A DNA stretch of 64,000 bases, from positions 36,065 through 100,064 of the forward strand of contig CACHJZ010000005.1 of NCBI GenBank assembly GCA_902580275.1, given 5' to 3'. Positions 49,821 to 60,298 of the stretch are shown in pieces. The stretch is from an uncultured Pelagibacteraceae bacterium (GTDB taxonomy: Bacteria > Pseudomonadota > Alphaproteobacteria > Pelagibacterales > Pelagibacteraceae). The notes beneath the pieces were generated by a model. The model did no database searches, was not told where the DNA came from, and saw only the letters and a program-made list of their open reading frames with translations. Within the stretch, counting starts at the first letter, position 1. Each line of letters opens with the position of its first letter. The position numbers and the translations under genes were made by a program.

Positions 49821-50694
49821 GTCGCGCCGTTGAAATTTGCTTTTTTAATAAAATCTCTCTTCTAAAAATGATTACTGAAGAGGTAATAACTAATGTTGCA
49901 CCTACTAAAGTTTTTATTGTTGGTATTTCATCCCAAATGAAATAACCAAAAATTATTGCAAAAACTAAAGCTAAATATTTTAATGGAGTAACCAATGATA
50001 CCTCTGAAAATTTATAAGATTGGCTCAGCCATAGATTTGCAACACCTCCAAAAATTCCTATTAAGGATAAAAGTATTAGGTCTATTAAATTTGGCATTAA
50101 CCACCCATAAGGTATCGTAAATAAACCCGCTAATGTAATTGCTGCAGAAAAATATAATGAAATTAGCCAAACTGGTTCTGTCGAGGATAATTGTCTGATT
50201 GAAATAGCAACATATGACATTCCTAAAACGAAAATAACTGGAAAGATATAATAAACATTTAAAGAACTTAAACCCGGTTCAGAAATAATAATAATTCCAA
50301 CGAAACCAACAAAGACCGCTAACCATCTAAAATAACCAACTTTTTCACTTAAGAAAAAAATTGAAAAAATTGTTGTAAAAATTGGTGCAGCAAACGAAAT
50401 ACTTACAACGGTTGCCAATGGTAGATTTCTCAATGCTGTGAAAATAGAGAGTAAAGCCATCAGTCCAAAAAAACATCTTGAGAAGTGTAACATTGGCCTT
50501 TTTGTGAAATAAAAATCTTTAAGTCTTTCTTTAGGGATCACAAAATAATAAAGAACTAAGCCAAAAAAACCTCTGAAAAAGATTACCTGGCCTAAAGGGT
50601 AGTTATCTGACCATTTTACAATTAGATCCATTACGGAAAATGCACATACAGACAAGAACATGTACAAAAAACCTAATTGATTTTTAGAAAACAT
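49813..50694 (-). CDS. DMT/EamA family transporter
   Basis: About 10 TMs with duplicated EamA repeats; LSEKVG..RW, PLKY. Confidence 0.88.
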   Translation of the reverse strand: MFSKNQLGFLYMFLSVCAFSVMDLIVKWSDNYPLGQVIFFRGFFGLVLYYFVIPKERLKDFYFTKRPMLHFSRCFFGLMALLSIFTALRNLPLATVVSISFAAPIFTTIFSIFFLSEKVGYFRWLAVFVGFVGIIIISEPGLSSLNVYYIFPVIFVLGMSYVAISIRQLSSTEPVWLISLYFSAAITLAGLFTIPYGWLMPNLIDLILLSLIGIFGGVANLWLSQSYKFSEVSLVTPLKYLALVFAIIFGYFIWDEIPTIKTLVGATLVITSSVIIFRREILLKKQISTARHD

Positions 50695-50728
50695 AAGATT
50701 AACTTTAGTTTAATAAACTTAATAATCA

Positions 50729-51172
50729 ATGGAAATAGCAGTATTAGCTTGTGGATGCTTTTGGGGACCTGAAATAAAGTTCAGTAGATTAGACGGTGTT
50801 TTTAAAACTGAGGTAGGTTATTGCGGAGGTAACACGAGTAAAACAAGTTATCAAGAAGTTTGTGAAGGAGACACGAATCATGCTGAAGTTGTTAAATTAG
50901 ACTTTGATCCAAACATAATTTCATATGAAAAAATTTTAGATTACTTTTTTGAAATACATGATCCTACAACCTTAAATTCTCAAGGACCAGACTTTGGTAC
51001 ACAGTATAGAAGTGAAATTTTTTATCTTAATGATGAGCAGAAAAATATTGCAAAAAAAATAATAGAAAAATATAACAAAAAATACTCCGGGAAAGTGGTT
51101 ACTAAAATTTCACAAATAAAAAATTATTGTATAGCTGAGGAATATCATCAAAAATATCTAGAAAAAAGGTAA
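50729..51172 (+). CDS. msrA: Peptide methionine (S)-S-oxide reductase
   Basis: GCFWG, HAEVV, HDPT, GTQYRS, AEEYHQKY. Confidence 0.95.
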   Translation: MEIAVLACGCFWGPEIKFSRLDGVFKTEVGYCGGNTSKTSYQEVCEGDTNHAEVVKLDFDPNIISYEKILDYFFEIHDPTTLNSQGPDFGTQYRSEIFYLNDEQKNIAKKIIEKYNKKYSGKVVTKISQIKNYCIAEEYHQKYLEKR

Positions 51173-51988
51173 ATGTCTTTAGTAGAAACTACTTGGGTTG
51201 AAAATAATTTGAGTAATATAAAATTGATTGATTGTTCTTGGCATCTTCCTAGTGCTTCGAGAAATCCATATCAAGAATATTTGAATCAGCATTTACCAAA
51301 TGCATTGTTTTTTGATCTAGATAAAAATTCTGATCAAAATACTGAATTACCACATATGTTGCCGTCTCGTGAAAAGTGGGATGAAATTGTTTCAGGTTTA
51401 GGTATAAAAAATGAAGATAGAATTATTGTTTATGATAATTCTGATTTAATCAGCTCCTGTAGATTATGGTACACTTTTATCTATTTTGGACATGACCCTA
51501 AGCTTGTAAGTGTTATGAATGGTGGCCTTGAAAAATGGCAATCAGAAAAAAGACTGATTACAAAAGAAGTAACAGTTTTTACCAAATCGCATTACATATC
51601 AAAAGAAAAAAAAGATTTAGTAAAATCAAAGACGCAAATTGAACAAAATATTATTAATCAGGAATTTAAAATTCTTGATGCAAGAAGTAAAGAAAGATTT
51701 GAGGGGAAAGAAAAAGAGCCAAGAAAAGGTTTAAGAAGTGGATCTATACCAAATTCTTTATGCTTGCCATTCAAGCAATTAATAGAAAAAGATAAAACAT
51801 TTAAATCTAAAGAACAATTATTAAAAATTTTTAAATCAGTTTTAAAACATGATTTTTCATCAAAAATTGTGTTTTCATGCGGCTCTGGTGTTACAGCCTC
51901 AGTTTTAGCACTTGCATATTCCTTAATTGATAATAAGTATAATCCTGTCATTTATGATGGTTCATGGTCAGAGTATGGCAGAATATAA
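51173..51988 (+). CDS. sseA: 3-mercaptopyruvate/thiosulfate sulfurtransferase
   Basis: Tandem rhodanese domains; HLPNA, PHMLP, DARS..RF, CGSGVTA, YDGSWSE. Confidence 0.9.
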   Translation: MSLVETTWVENNLSNIKLIDCSWHLPSASRNPYQEYLNQHLPNALFFDLDKNSDQNTELPHMLPSREKWDEIVSGLGIKNEDRIIVYDNSDLISSCRLWYTFIYFGHDPKLVSVMNGGLEKWQSEKRLITKEVTVFTKSHYISKEKKDLVKSKTQIEQNIINQEFKILDARSKERFEGKEKEPRKGLRSGSIPNSLCLPFKQLIEKDKTFKSKEQLLKIFKSVLKHDFSSKIVFSCGSGVTASVLALAYSLIDNKYNPVIYDGSWSEYGRI

Positions 51989-51991
51989 TTT

Positions 51992-52861
51992 ATGAAAAAT
52001 TCAAAAAAAGTTTTAATTGGCGTTGTAATTTTTTTTATAATAATTGCAATTGTTGTGATTGGAAGAACAATGGTTGGAAACCATTTCAAAAAAAAATTTA
52101 GCAAAAGACCACCTCCTGGAATTATTGTCAAATTAGTTTCTGAAAAAGCCTTCTCAGAGAGAATCGAAAGTTTTGGCACTGCAATTTCAAAAAAAACAAA
52201 ATCCTATCGGATTCAAAAAAGTGACTTAATTTCTGAACTAAAATTAGATAGTTATGTAGAGAAAGGATCTTTAATAGTCAAATTGAAGGACAAAGATATT
52301 ATTGCACCATTTAGTGGTGTTCTTGGTTATAGAGGTATTACAGAGGATGTCCTAGGATCAGATAATTCTCTCATTATAACTTTAGATGATAGTTCGGTAA
52401 TATACGCCGATTTAAAAATACCTGAATCTTTTGCGCCAGTTATTAAAAAAAATTTGCCAGTAGAAGTAAAGTTTTCAGGAATAAAAAACAAAATTTTTTC
52501 TGGAAAAGTAGAAGGTTATTCAAGTAGAATCAGCGCAGATACAAGAAGTTTATTAACAAGGATTAAAATAGATAACAAAGATTATGAGTTAATACCAGGG
52601 TCACTACTTGAAGTAAGTGTGAAATTTAATCAAAGAAATTCTCTATCAGTTCCTGACACAAGTGTGATGCTAGAGGGAGAAAGCTCTTTTGTATATAAAG
52701 TGCTTGATGATAATAGTTTAGAAAAAACTCAAATCCAAATTGGAAATAGAGATGAAGGGTTTATAGAGGTAATTTCAGGATTAAATGAGGGTGATCTAAT
52801 TGTTGCAGAAGGTCTAAAAAAAGTAAATCCAAAAGGAAAAATTAAACCAATTAAAAAGTAA
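51992..52861 (+). CDS. RND efflux periplasmic adaptor subunit (apparently hairpin-less)
   Basis: N-terminal TM, VEKG...IIAPFSGVLG lipoyl halves, TRS, LIPG, GLNEGD.IV.EG; only 289 aa. Confidence 0.88.
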   Translation: MKNSKKVLIGVVIFFIIIAIVVIGRTMVGNHFKKKFSKRPPPGIIVKLVSEKAFSERIESFGTAISKKTKSYRIQKSDLISELKLDSYVEKGSLIVKLKDKDIIAPFSGVLGYRGITEDVLGSDNSLIITLDDSSVIYADLKIPESFAPVIKKNLPVEVKFSGIKNKIFSGKVEGYSSRISADTRSLLTRIKIDNKDYELIPGSLLEVSVKFNQRNSLSVPDTSVMLEGESSFVYKVLDDNSLEKTQIQIGNRDEGFIEVISGLNEGDLIVAEGLKKVNPKGKIKPIKK

Positions 52862-55800
52862 ATGTTTATAACTGATTTAAGTATAAGAAGACCGGTAGTC
52901 TCTTGGGTAATGTCTCTTATATTAGTTTTATTTGGCATATTTGTATTTTGGAAATTGCCTGTAAGAGAATTACCATCAGGTCTTCAGCCACCAGTTGTTC
53001 AGGTAAAAGTGGATTACAAATCAGCATCAGCACCTATAATTGATCAAGAGGTTACTCAAGTTTTAGAAGATGTAATTGGTGGAGCAGAAGGTATTAAAAA
53101 TATTGACTCAGTGTCTGAAAATGGAAGGAGTACAATTAGTATTGAGTTTGATACAGAAATGGATTTAGACAATGCTGCAAATGATATACGAGAAAGAGTA
53201 GCTAGAGTTGCAGATAATTTACCCACTGAGGCAGAGGCTCCACAAATATTAAAACAGGCTGCGGGTTTTACGACAACTATGTGGATAGCGCTTTCTTCTC
53301 CCTCATGGAGTGATTTGGAATTGGGAGATTACGCAGAGAGATATTTAGTTGATAGATTTTCAAGTATTAAAAATGTTGGAAGAATTTTAGTAGGTGGTCT
53401 AAGGGAATTAAGTGTCAGGATTTGGATAGATCCAATAAAATTAGCTGCTAATGATTTAACCATTCAAGAATTAGAAAATGCACTCAGAAGCGAAAATGTT
53501 AGTCTTCCAGCTGGAACTTTAGAAGCAACTAATGTTGATCTTACTCTAAATCTAGATAAATCTTATACAACAATTGACCAACTAAAAAGCTTGCCCTTAA
53601 AAAAGAACAAAGACAACATAGTAAAATTGTCTGATGTTGCTGAGGTTGAATTTGGCCCTGTTTCAGAAAAAACATTATTTAAGGCGCAAAGAAAAGATAA
53701 TCTTAACTTAAAAACAGTAGGTATAGGTATTTACGCTAGAAGTGGAGCATCAACAGTTGAACTGTCAAAAGATATCAAAAAAAAGCTAAAAGAAGTTAGA
53801 AAGTCTTTGCCGGATGGATTAAATATAGAAGTTGCATTTAATAGAGCAAACTATGTTGGAGCAGCAATTAATGAAGTATACAAAACTCTTTTCATAGCTT
53901 TTATATTAGTAGTAATCATTATTTATTTGTTTCTTGGAAATTTAAAAGCAGTGATAGTGCCAGCGGTTGCGCTTCCCGTAAGTCTAATCGCATCTTTTTT
54001 AGGAATTTATATTTTTGATCTATCAATAAATATATTTGTTCTGTTGTCTTTTATTTTAGCTATTGGAATAATTACAGATGACTCGGTCATTATGACAGAC
54101 GCAATTTATAGAAGAATTGAAAATGGTGAAAAACCCCTTGTAGCAGCTTATAAAGGATCAAAGCAAATAACATTTGCAATTATTGCTACTACTCTGATAT
54201 TGGTTGCAGTATTTTTACCGCTAATTTTCATAAAGGGAATTTCTGGAACCTTATTCAGAGAAACAGCGATCGCATTATCTTTTTCTGTAGTTATTTCATC
54301 ATTTGTTGCTCTAACCTTATCTCCAATGCTTGGAAGTAGATTTTTAACACTAAAAACTAAGCAAAATAAAATTATAAGTAAATTTAATAATTTTTTTAAA
54401 TCATTTCTAAAATTTTATAAAGAAAGCCTTAATTATTTTCTCGATAAACAAAAGTTAATAATTTCATTTATGATTTTAGTAATTATTTCTTCAGTATTAT
54501 TATTTAATTTTTCAAAAAAGGAACTGCTTCCTCTTGAAGATAGAGGGGCATATTTAGTAATCGGAATGACTGATGAAGGAAGCTCATTTGAGTACACACA
54601 GGAAAGAGCACAAGAAATAGAGTCTAAATTAATTCCTCTGTTGCAGGAAGAAAATAGCCCGTATAGAAGATTTATAATGCGAGTTCCAGGTTTTGGTAGA
54701 TCAAGTAATTCTTTTAATACTTTTATAATAATAGCTTTACTTAATCATTGGGATGATAGAAGTAAAAATACACAATCAGTTATGAGAGAAGCTATAGGAA
54801 AGATAGTAACTAATCCACAAGCGATTGCTTTTCCTATTTCACCACAATCAATAAGAGTTTCAAATTATAACAAACCAGTTCAAATGGTAATTTTAGGATC
54901 ATCTTATGAGGAACTCGAGCAAATTCAGAATAACTTAATATCGGAATTAAGAAAAAATAAAAATTTGTCAAGAATTGAGTCAGATTATTCTAAAAATAAA
55001 CCAGAGGTAAAATTAATTATCAACAAAAATAAAGCAAAAGATTTAGGGGTATCAACAGACCAAATAGGCAAGACTTTGGAAACTCTTTATGGTGGAAAAA
55101 CTGTTACAACATTTAATAAACTTGGAAAAGAATATCCAATTATAGTACAAAAATATTTGTCAGATAGAAGAAGTAAAGAAAGTTTAGCAAAAATTTTTGT
55201 AAGATCTGAAAATAACTCAAAACTTATATCACTGGCAAATTTAGTTGATTTTAAGGAAGAAGGATCAGCCAAAATTCTTTCAAGATATAATAGACAACGA
55301 GCAGTAACTATATCTGCTAATATAAACGAAGGATATTCATTAAGTGAAGCAATAAGATATTTAGAAAAAACTATGGAAAATGTTTCACCCCAGAATCAGA
55401 TTTCCTGGAAGGGAAAATCTGAAGAGTTAAAAGAAACCTCAAATGAATTATTTATAATATTTGCTTTAGCATTAATAACCGCTTATTTAGTTATGGCAGC
55501 TACTTTTAACTCATTTATTCATCCATTTATAATAATAATGACTGTCCCGCTAGCTGTATTTGGTGGATTGGTTTTCATTCTTTTTTTAAATAGTTCAATC
55601 AATATTTTTTCACAAATTGCTCTTGTTATTCTCATTGGTATATCTACAAAAAATAGTATCTTAATTGTAGATTTTGCAAATCAACTTAGAGCATCTGGAA
55701 AAAATATTGATAATGCAATAAAGGAAGCGTGCGATATGAGATTCAGACCTATTATAATGACATCTCTTAGCACAATGATAGCAATGGTTCCTTTAGTAAT

Positions 55801-55984
55801 TGGAAATATTGGACCTGGGGCCGGGGAAGGCTCTAGACTTGCAGTTGGATCTACTATTTTAGGAGGCATGATTATATCAACATTTTTTACACTATATGTA
55901 ACTCCAACCATGTACTTGATGTTAGCAAAGAATACTAAACGAATTGATGCTGTTGATATTGAATTAAAGAAGCAACTTAATTAA
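52862..55984 (+). CDS. RND efflux permease (AcrB/AcrD/AcrF family)
   Basis: IRRPV, GIITDDSV, VALTLSP, GISTKNSILIV, RFRPIIMTS; proton-relay residues intact. Confidence 0.95.
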   Translation: MFITDLSIRRPVVSWVMSLILVLFGIFVFWKLPVRELPSGLQPPVVQVKVDYKSASAPIIDQEVTQVLEDVIGGAEGIKNIDSVSENGRSTISIEFDTEMDLDNAANDIRERVARVADNLPTEAEAPQILKQAAGFTTTMWIALSSPSWSDLELGDYAERYLVDRFSSIKNVGRILVGGLRELSVRIWIDPIKLAANDLTIQELENALRSENVSLPAGTLEATNVDLTLNLDKSYTTIDQLKSLPLKKNKDNIVKLSDVAEVEFGPVSEKTLFKAQRKDNLNLKTVGIGIYARSGASTVELSKDIKKKLKEVRKSLPDGLNIEVAFNRANYVGAAINEVYKTLFIAFILVVIIIYLFLGNLKAVIVPAVALPVSLIASFLGIYIFDLSINIFVLLSFILAIGIITDDSVIMTDAIYRRIENGEKPLVAAYKGSKQITFAIIATTLILVAVFLPLIFIKGISGTLFRETAIALSFSVVISSFVALTLSPMLGSRFLTLKTKQNKIISKFNNFFKSFLKFYKESLNYFLDKQKLIISFMILVIISSVLLFNFSKKELLPLEDRGAYLVIGMTDEGSSFEYTQERAQEIESKLIPLLQEENSPYRRFIMRVPGFGRSSNSFNTFIIIALLNHWDDRSKNTQSVMREAIGKIVTNPQAIAFPISPQSIRVSNYNKPVQMVILGSSYEELEQIQNNLISELRKNKNLSRIESDYSKNKPEVKLIINKNKAKDLGVSTDQIGKTLETLYGGKTVTTFNKLGKEYPIIVQKYLSDRRSKESLAKIFVRSENNSKLISLANLVDFKEEGSAKILSRYNRQRAVTISANINEGYSLSEAIRYLEKTMENVSPQNQISWKGKSEELKETSNELFIIFALALITAYLVMAATFNSFIHPFIIIMTVPLAVFGGLVFILFLNSSINIFSQIALVILIGISTKNSILIVDFANQLRASGKNIDNAIKEACDMRFRPIIMTSLSTMIAMVPLVIGNIGPGAGEGSRLAVGSTILGGMIISTFFTLYVTPTMYLMLAKNTKRIDAVDIELKKQLN

Positions 55985-56580
55985 AAAATAATATATTTTC
56001 TTGTTTTGAGAGAATTTTGGCAACTTAACAATTGTGATTTATATTTTTTAGACTGTGTTTGCACCTTCTTGGCTAAAGATATAACTTTTGAATTTTTTTT
56101 ATAGTTTTTATAGTTTCCCCAACCCTCATGATAAGCAATATACTGTCTAAATGCGTCTTTTTTTGAAATTTTTAATATTTTTTCGGTTTTATTGGTGTAC
56201 CATCCTATAAAATCTACACTATCTTTGAATCTAGTCCTTGTTGCCAAAGGATTGTTTGTTTCTTGTTTATATTGTTTCCATGTTCCTTTGACTGCTTGAG
56301 AATATCCAAAGGATGAGGATGGTCTTTTATAAGGAATAACTTTGAAAATTTTATTTCTTTTTGGTTTTGCAAGCCAGTCAAAGTCGGACTCCATTTTAAT
56401 AATAGCAAGCTGCAAGTTTATTGGTGTTCCCCATTTTTTTTCAGTATTTTTCGCATGCTTGTACCAAAGATATCTTTCAGAAAATATGGAACAACCGTCT
56501 GCAGTATTTTTAGGAATAGATGAGCAAGAAAAAAGAAATAAACATAGTACTAAAATTAAAATATTATTTTCTTTTTTCAT
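55981..56580 (-). CDS. Lipoprotein with lytic transglycosylase (SLT-like) domain
   Basis: Lipobox LFSC, AIIKMES (catalytic Glu), SSSFGYSQA, AYHEG; probable start 56580. Confidence 0.8.
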   Translation of the reverse strand: MKKENNILILVLCLFLFSCSSIPKNTADGCSIFSERYLWYKHAKNTEKKWGTPINLQLAIIKMESDFDWLAKPKRNKIFKVIPYKRPSSSFGYSQAVKGTWKQYKQETNNPLATRTRFKDSVDFIGWYTNKTEKILKISKKDAFRQYIAYHEGWGNYKNYKKNSKVISLAKKVQTQSKKYKSQLLSCQNSLKTRKYIIF

Positions 56581-57073
56581 TTTTTCTCCAATTCCATGGT
56601 TTTTCAAATGTACCCTGCCACAAACCTAATTTATCCTTTTCTGCCTCTTTTTCTTGAAGAATATATTTTTTTGAGTACCTAACATAAGCTAAGGCATGTC
56701 CGTTTCTAACAAGCCAAGAATTAATATTTAATTTATTCTTATAACAAGTTGCAAGCTTCCTTTTGTATCTATCTACATTTTCTATTTTACATAATATTAA
56801 TTCATTTTTTAATAATTTTTTTAGTTTTTTTGAAGAGATTTTTCCACATGGGTATTTTTTATGAAAGGATAAAAATTGAATGCTTAGAAAGGTCTTTTTA
56901 CATGATTGATTCGTCTCAGGCGCATCAATACCAGATAATCTAATTTTGTTGTTTTTAATTTTAATTGTATCGCCATCAATCACATAAGCCTTTCCTTCAA
57001 TTACTTCAGCATAAGCATCAAGTGAGATAAAAAATAATAAAAGCAAAAAAACGTTAAATTTTTTTTTTAACAT
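56564..57073 (-). CDS. Exported thermonuclease (SNase-like) protein
   Basis: Signal peptide, VIDGDTI, IRLSGIDAPE, DRYKR, LVRNGHA, GLW. Confidence 0.88.
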   Translation of the reverse strand: MLKKKFNVFLLLLFFISLDAYAEVIEGKAYVIDGDTIKIKNNKIRLSGIDAPETNQSCKKTFLSIQFLSFHKKYPCGKISSKKLKKLLKNELILCKIENVDRYKRKLATCYKNKLNINSWLVRNGHALAYVRYSKKYILQEKEAEKDKLGLWQGTFEKPWNWRKNEKRK

Positions 57074-57440
57074 AAGAAAAACATAAAAATAATATTAATG
57101 ATATTAATACACCCAATATATTCCCATATAAATCAGAAATCTGGAAACTTCTATTTGGTACTAATATGTGAAGTATCTCAAATAAAAAGGATATTAAAAA
57201 AAAATAAGTAAGAACGATTTTCTTTTTTTTTTCAAAAAAAAGTAAAAATCCAAAAAATGAAAGAAACAAAAAGGCATAAATATGATTAGATGAGAAATTT
57301 AATAATAAGAAATTAAAGTCATCTGTTAGTTGAGGCTGTCGATTTAAGTCTTTATATATTATAAAACCCAATATACTTCCTGGGTATAAATAGAAAATTG
57401 CAAATATTGTATTTATTAAATAAAATAATGATTTAAACAT
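57054..57440 (-). CDS. VanZ family membrane protein
   Basis: NH..AF, E.LH..VPNRSF..SDL.GN.LG. Confidence 0.8.
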   Translation of the reverse strand: MFKSLFYLINTIFAIFYLYPGSILGFIIYKDLNRQPQLTDDFNFLLLNFSSNHIYAFLFLSFFGFLLFFEKKKKIVLTYFFLISFLFEILHILVPNRSFQISDLYGNILGVLISLILFLCFSYVKKKI

Positions 57441-57471
57441 GTTACAGTTTTCTTATATGTAAATTTTTTAT

Positions 57472-58188
57472 ATGAGTCATTTATTTTTAGTAAGACACGG
57501 ACAAAGTGAATGGAATTTGCAAAAAAAATTCACTGGGTGGGTAGATGTTGATTTAACGCCACATGGAAAATTAGAAGCTTGTAAAGCTGGAGAAGCAATA
57601 AAATCAACAAATGTTAAAATTGACTTATTTTTCAGCTCTTACCAATTAAGAGCAATAAATACATTAAAGTTAATAAAAAACACAATAAGAAATAATTTGG
57701 AATTCACAAAAGCTTGGGAACTTAATGAGAGACACTATGGATCACTTACAGGTTTGAATAAAGAGGAAATGAAAAATAAACTTGGAGAAAAAAAAATACA
57801 CGAGTTTAGGCGATCATGGGATATTAGGCCTGACCCTTTAAACCAAAATAGTCCTTACCATCCAATTAACATAGACATTTATAAAAATATTCCAAAAGAA
57901 AATATTCCAGATACAGAGTCTCTTAAAGATACTTATAATAGAGTGGTTAATTATTTTACTCAAAAAATCTATATCGAAATAAAAAATGAAAAAAATATTC
58001 TTATATCAGCACATGGAAATTCAGTACGAGCGCTTTGTAAGTTTTTATTCAAATTAGACGAAAAACAGATTCCCAAGCTTGAAATACCTACTGGAAATCC
58101 TCTTCATATTGAATTAGATCAAAAATTAAAGATTATTATGTGCAGATATCTTGATCAAGATAGAGCTCAGGACTTATTGGTTTTTTAA
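57472..58188 (+). CDS. gpmA: 2,3-BPG-dependent phosphoglycerate mutase
   Basis: VRHGQSEWN, FTGWVDV, LNERHYG, RRS, AHGNS.R, IPTG.P. Confidence 0.96.
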   Translation: MSHLFLVRHGQSEWNLQKKFTGWVDVDLTPHGKLEACKAGEAIKSTNVKIDLFFSSYQLRAINTLKLIKNTIRNNLEFTKAWELNERHYGSLTGLNKEEMKNKLGEKKIHEFRRSWDIRPDPLNQNSPYHPINIDIYKNIPKENIPDTESLKDTYNRVVNYFTQKIYIEIKNEKNILISAHGNSVRALCKFLFKLDEKQIPKLEIPTGNPLHIELDQKLKIIMCRYLDQDRAQDLLVF

Positions 58189-58866
58189 TATTTTATTATA
58201 AATCATTAAATCTGTTGTATGTAAAAATTTAAGATTGCTCTCATAACCAAAAAGTTGAGACTGCTTAATTTGATCAGTCCATATTTCATTCATCGAGAAT
58301 TTTTTTTTTGTAGTTTTAGAAAAAATATTTCTATTAATTATTTGACATCCGGTATATATAAATTTTTTATTATTATCTTTTATAAGTTTCTCGTTAACTA
58401 AATTAAAATCACCTTGTAATCTTTTATCAAAACTTAAGTCTTTATGGACAACTAGTAAAATATTGTTAATTTTTTTCGTAAAATAAAAATTGGTCATTTC
58501 TAATATGTATTTATTATAGTTCTCATCCCATATAGTGTCGGGGTTAAAAACTAAAAAATTTTCCTCGTTAGAATCTTTTATCATATTAATGATACCACCT
58601 CCTGTATCAAGAATATCGTTACCATCTTCTATTAATTCAATATCTATATTTGTATTCAATTGCTTTACAAATTTTTTTATCTCATCTGAGAGGTAAAAAA
58701 TGTTAATCTTAATTTTTTTTATTTTGATTTGTTCAATTAATTTAATTGTTTTTTCTAATAGTGTGGTCTCTCCAATTTTCAATAAAGGTTTAGGTGCTGT
58801 TTTGGTTAAGGGAAGCAACCTTTTTCCAAAACCTGCACATAATATGAGTGCTGTATCAATTTGCAT
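58174..58866 (-). CDS. murU: Nucleotidyltransferase, MurU-like (MurNAc-1P uridylyltransferase)
   Basis: LCAGFGKRLLPLT...PKPL, LDTGGG, N.D, YTG; directly downstream of the amgK-like gene. Confidence 0.75.
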   Translation of the reverse strand: MQIDTALILCAGFGKRLLPLTKTAPKPLLKIGETTLLEKTIKLIEQIKIKKIKINIFYLSDEIKKFVKQLNTNIDIELIEDGNDILDTGGGIINMIKDSNEENFLVFNPDTIWDENYNKYILEMTNFYFTKKINNILLVVHKDLSFDKRLQGDFNLVNEKLIKDNNKKFIYTGCQIINRNIFSKTTKKKFSMNEIWTDQIKQSQLFGYESNLKFLHTTDLMIYNKILKNQ

Positions 58867-60298
58867 TTTTTTTTCTAAGTTTAGCTGAAAAGTTTTTATT
58901 TAAAAACAATTTAAGATCTTTAAAAACTGGTTTGTTTTTAATTCGACTCTCTATTAATTTCCAAGCATATGGAATTAATTTTAAATATTGATTTTTTTGG
59001 TCTCTAAGTGAAAGTCTCGTAAAAATTCCAATAATTTTTAAATTTCTTAGCACAGATAAAATATAAAAGTCATTTTCAAATTCTATTTTACTAATTTTGT
59101 TTTTATTAATCTCAATATAGTAACTAAGAAGTATTGCCTTAAGTTTGCTGCTAGTTTGAAATCTTACATCGTCTATTAAAGAAGCCAAATCATAAGCTTT
59201 ATTCCCTATAACAGCATCTTGGGAGTCTAAAATACCATATGAGTTTTTGCATGGAATTATATTAGATATATGAAAATCTCTATGTACAAATGTATCATTT
59301 TTTAACATTATTTTTTTTATTAAAGATTTAATTATTTTTTTTAGGTGTAAGTTTATTTTTTTAACATCTTTCCTATTTTTATTAGCAACTACATACCAAT
59401 CACAAAAAAGTTTTGCCTCATTAAAAATTTTCGTATTTGTATATATAGGGACTTTATAGTAATCACCGATAAAATTTTTTATCTTTTTTGGTTTAATCTT
59501 CTGAATTTTAAGTAATGATAATATTATGTCTTTGTAAATTTTTAGATTTTTATGACTATTTTTTTTTGAAAAAATGTCAAAAATTGTTTTATTACCCATA
59601 TCCTCTATTTCTATAAAATTATTTTTATAGTTTTGGTGATAAAGCTTTGGGGCAATAATTTTATTTTTAATTAAATTTTTATTAATAGCATCGTAATTCA
59701 AAAGATTTTTTTTCTTATCTTTTTTACAATAAACAATAATAGAACTTTTTTTACCTTTGGATTTTCTTAAAAATGTTCTAAATGAAGCATCCCCCTTAAT
59801 CTGAACATATTTATTTTCTCCAAGAGATTCTTTGATTTCTAAGTCAAATATTATTTTTTTAATTTCTACAAATCTTTTATTTGTATTTTTATTTAATTTA
59901 AAAAAAAGTTCATATCTATTCTTGGGCTTAGATAAAATTTTTTCTGGCCATTCAATTAAAGTCAGTTTGCTTTTATAGTCATTAAATAGACCAGTATTTT
60001 GAAGATCTTTTGTCTTTTCTATTCTGAATAGATCAAAATGATTTATAATCAAATTTTTTATCTGATACTCATTCATAATGTTGAAGGTTGGACTGGTAAC
60101 TTCGCTTAAGGATTTCTTCGATCTTAATTGCAAGTAGTTTATAAGATATCTTACAAATGTAGTTTTTCCAGTTCCGATTTCTCCGTAAAGAAAGACAATA
60201 TCCCCTTTATTAAGAAATGTTGAAAAAATTTTAGCTAAAGAGGCTGTTTTGTTTTCTTTAGATATATCAATCTTGCTACTGTTAGTAGCGATACGCAT
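58856..60298 (-). CDS. tsaE: TsaE ATPase fused to AmgK-like (APH-fold) anomeric sugar kinase
   Basis: N-terminal [25 protein letters not shown]-terminal GDASFR, EDMG, HRDFH..N, LD.QDA, YDLASL, GIFTRL..RD.K..Y. Confidence 0.88.
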   Translation of the reverse strand: MRIATNSSKIDISKENKTASLAKIFSTFLNKGDIVFLYGEIGTGKTTFVRYLINYLQLRSKKSLSEVTSPTFNIMNEYQIKNLIINHFDLFRIEKTKDLQNTGLFNDYKSKLTLIEWPEKILSKPKNRYELFFKLNKNTNKRFVEIKKIIFDLEIKESLGENKYVQIKGDASFRTFLRKSKGKKSSIIVYCKKDKKKNLLNYDAINKNLIKNKIIAPKLYHQNYKNNFIEIEDMGNKTIFDIFSKKNSHKNLKIYKDIILSLLKIQKIKPKKIKNFIGDYYKVPIYTNTKIFNEAKLFCDWYVVANKNRKDVKKINLHLKKIIKSLIKKIMLKNDTFVHRDFHISNIIPCKNSYGILDSQDAVIGNKAYDLASLIDDVRFQTSSKLKAILLSYYIEINKNKISKIEFENDFYILSVLRNLKIIGIFTRLSLRDQKNQYLKLIPYAWKLIESRIKNKPVFKDLKLFLNKNFSAKLRKKNAN

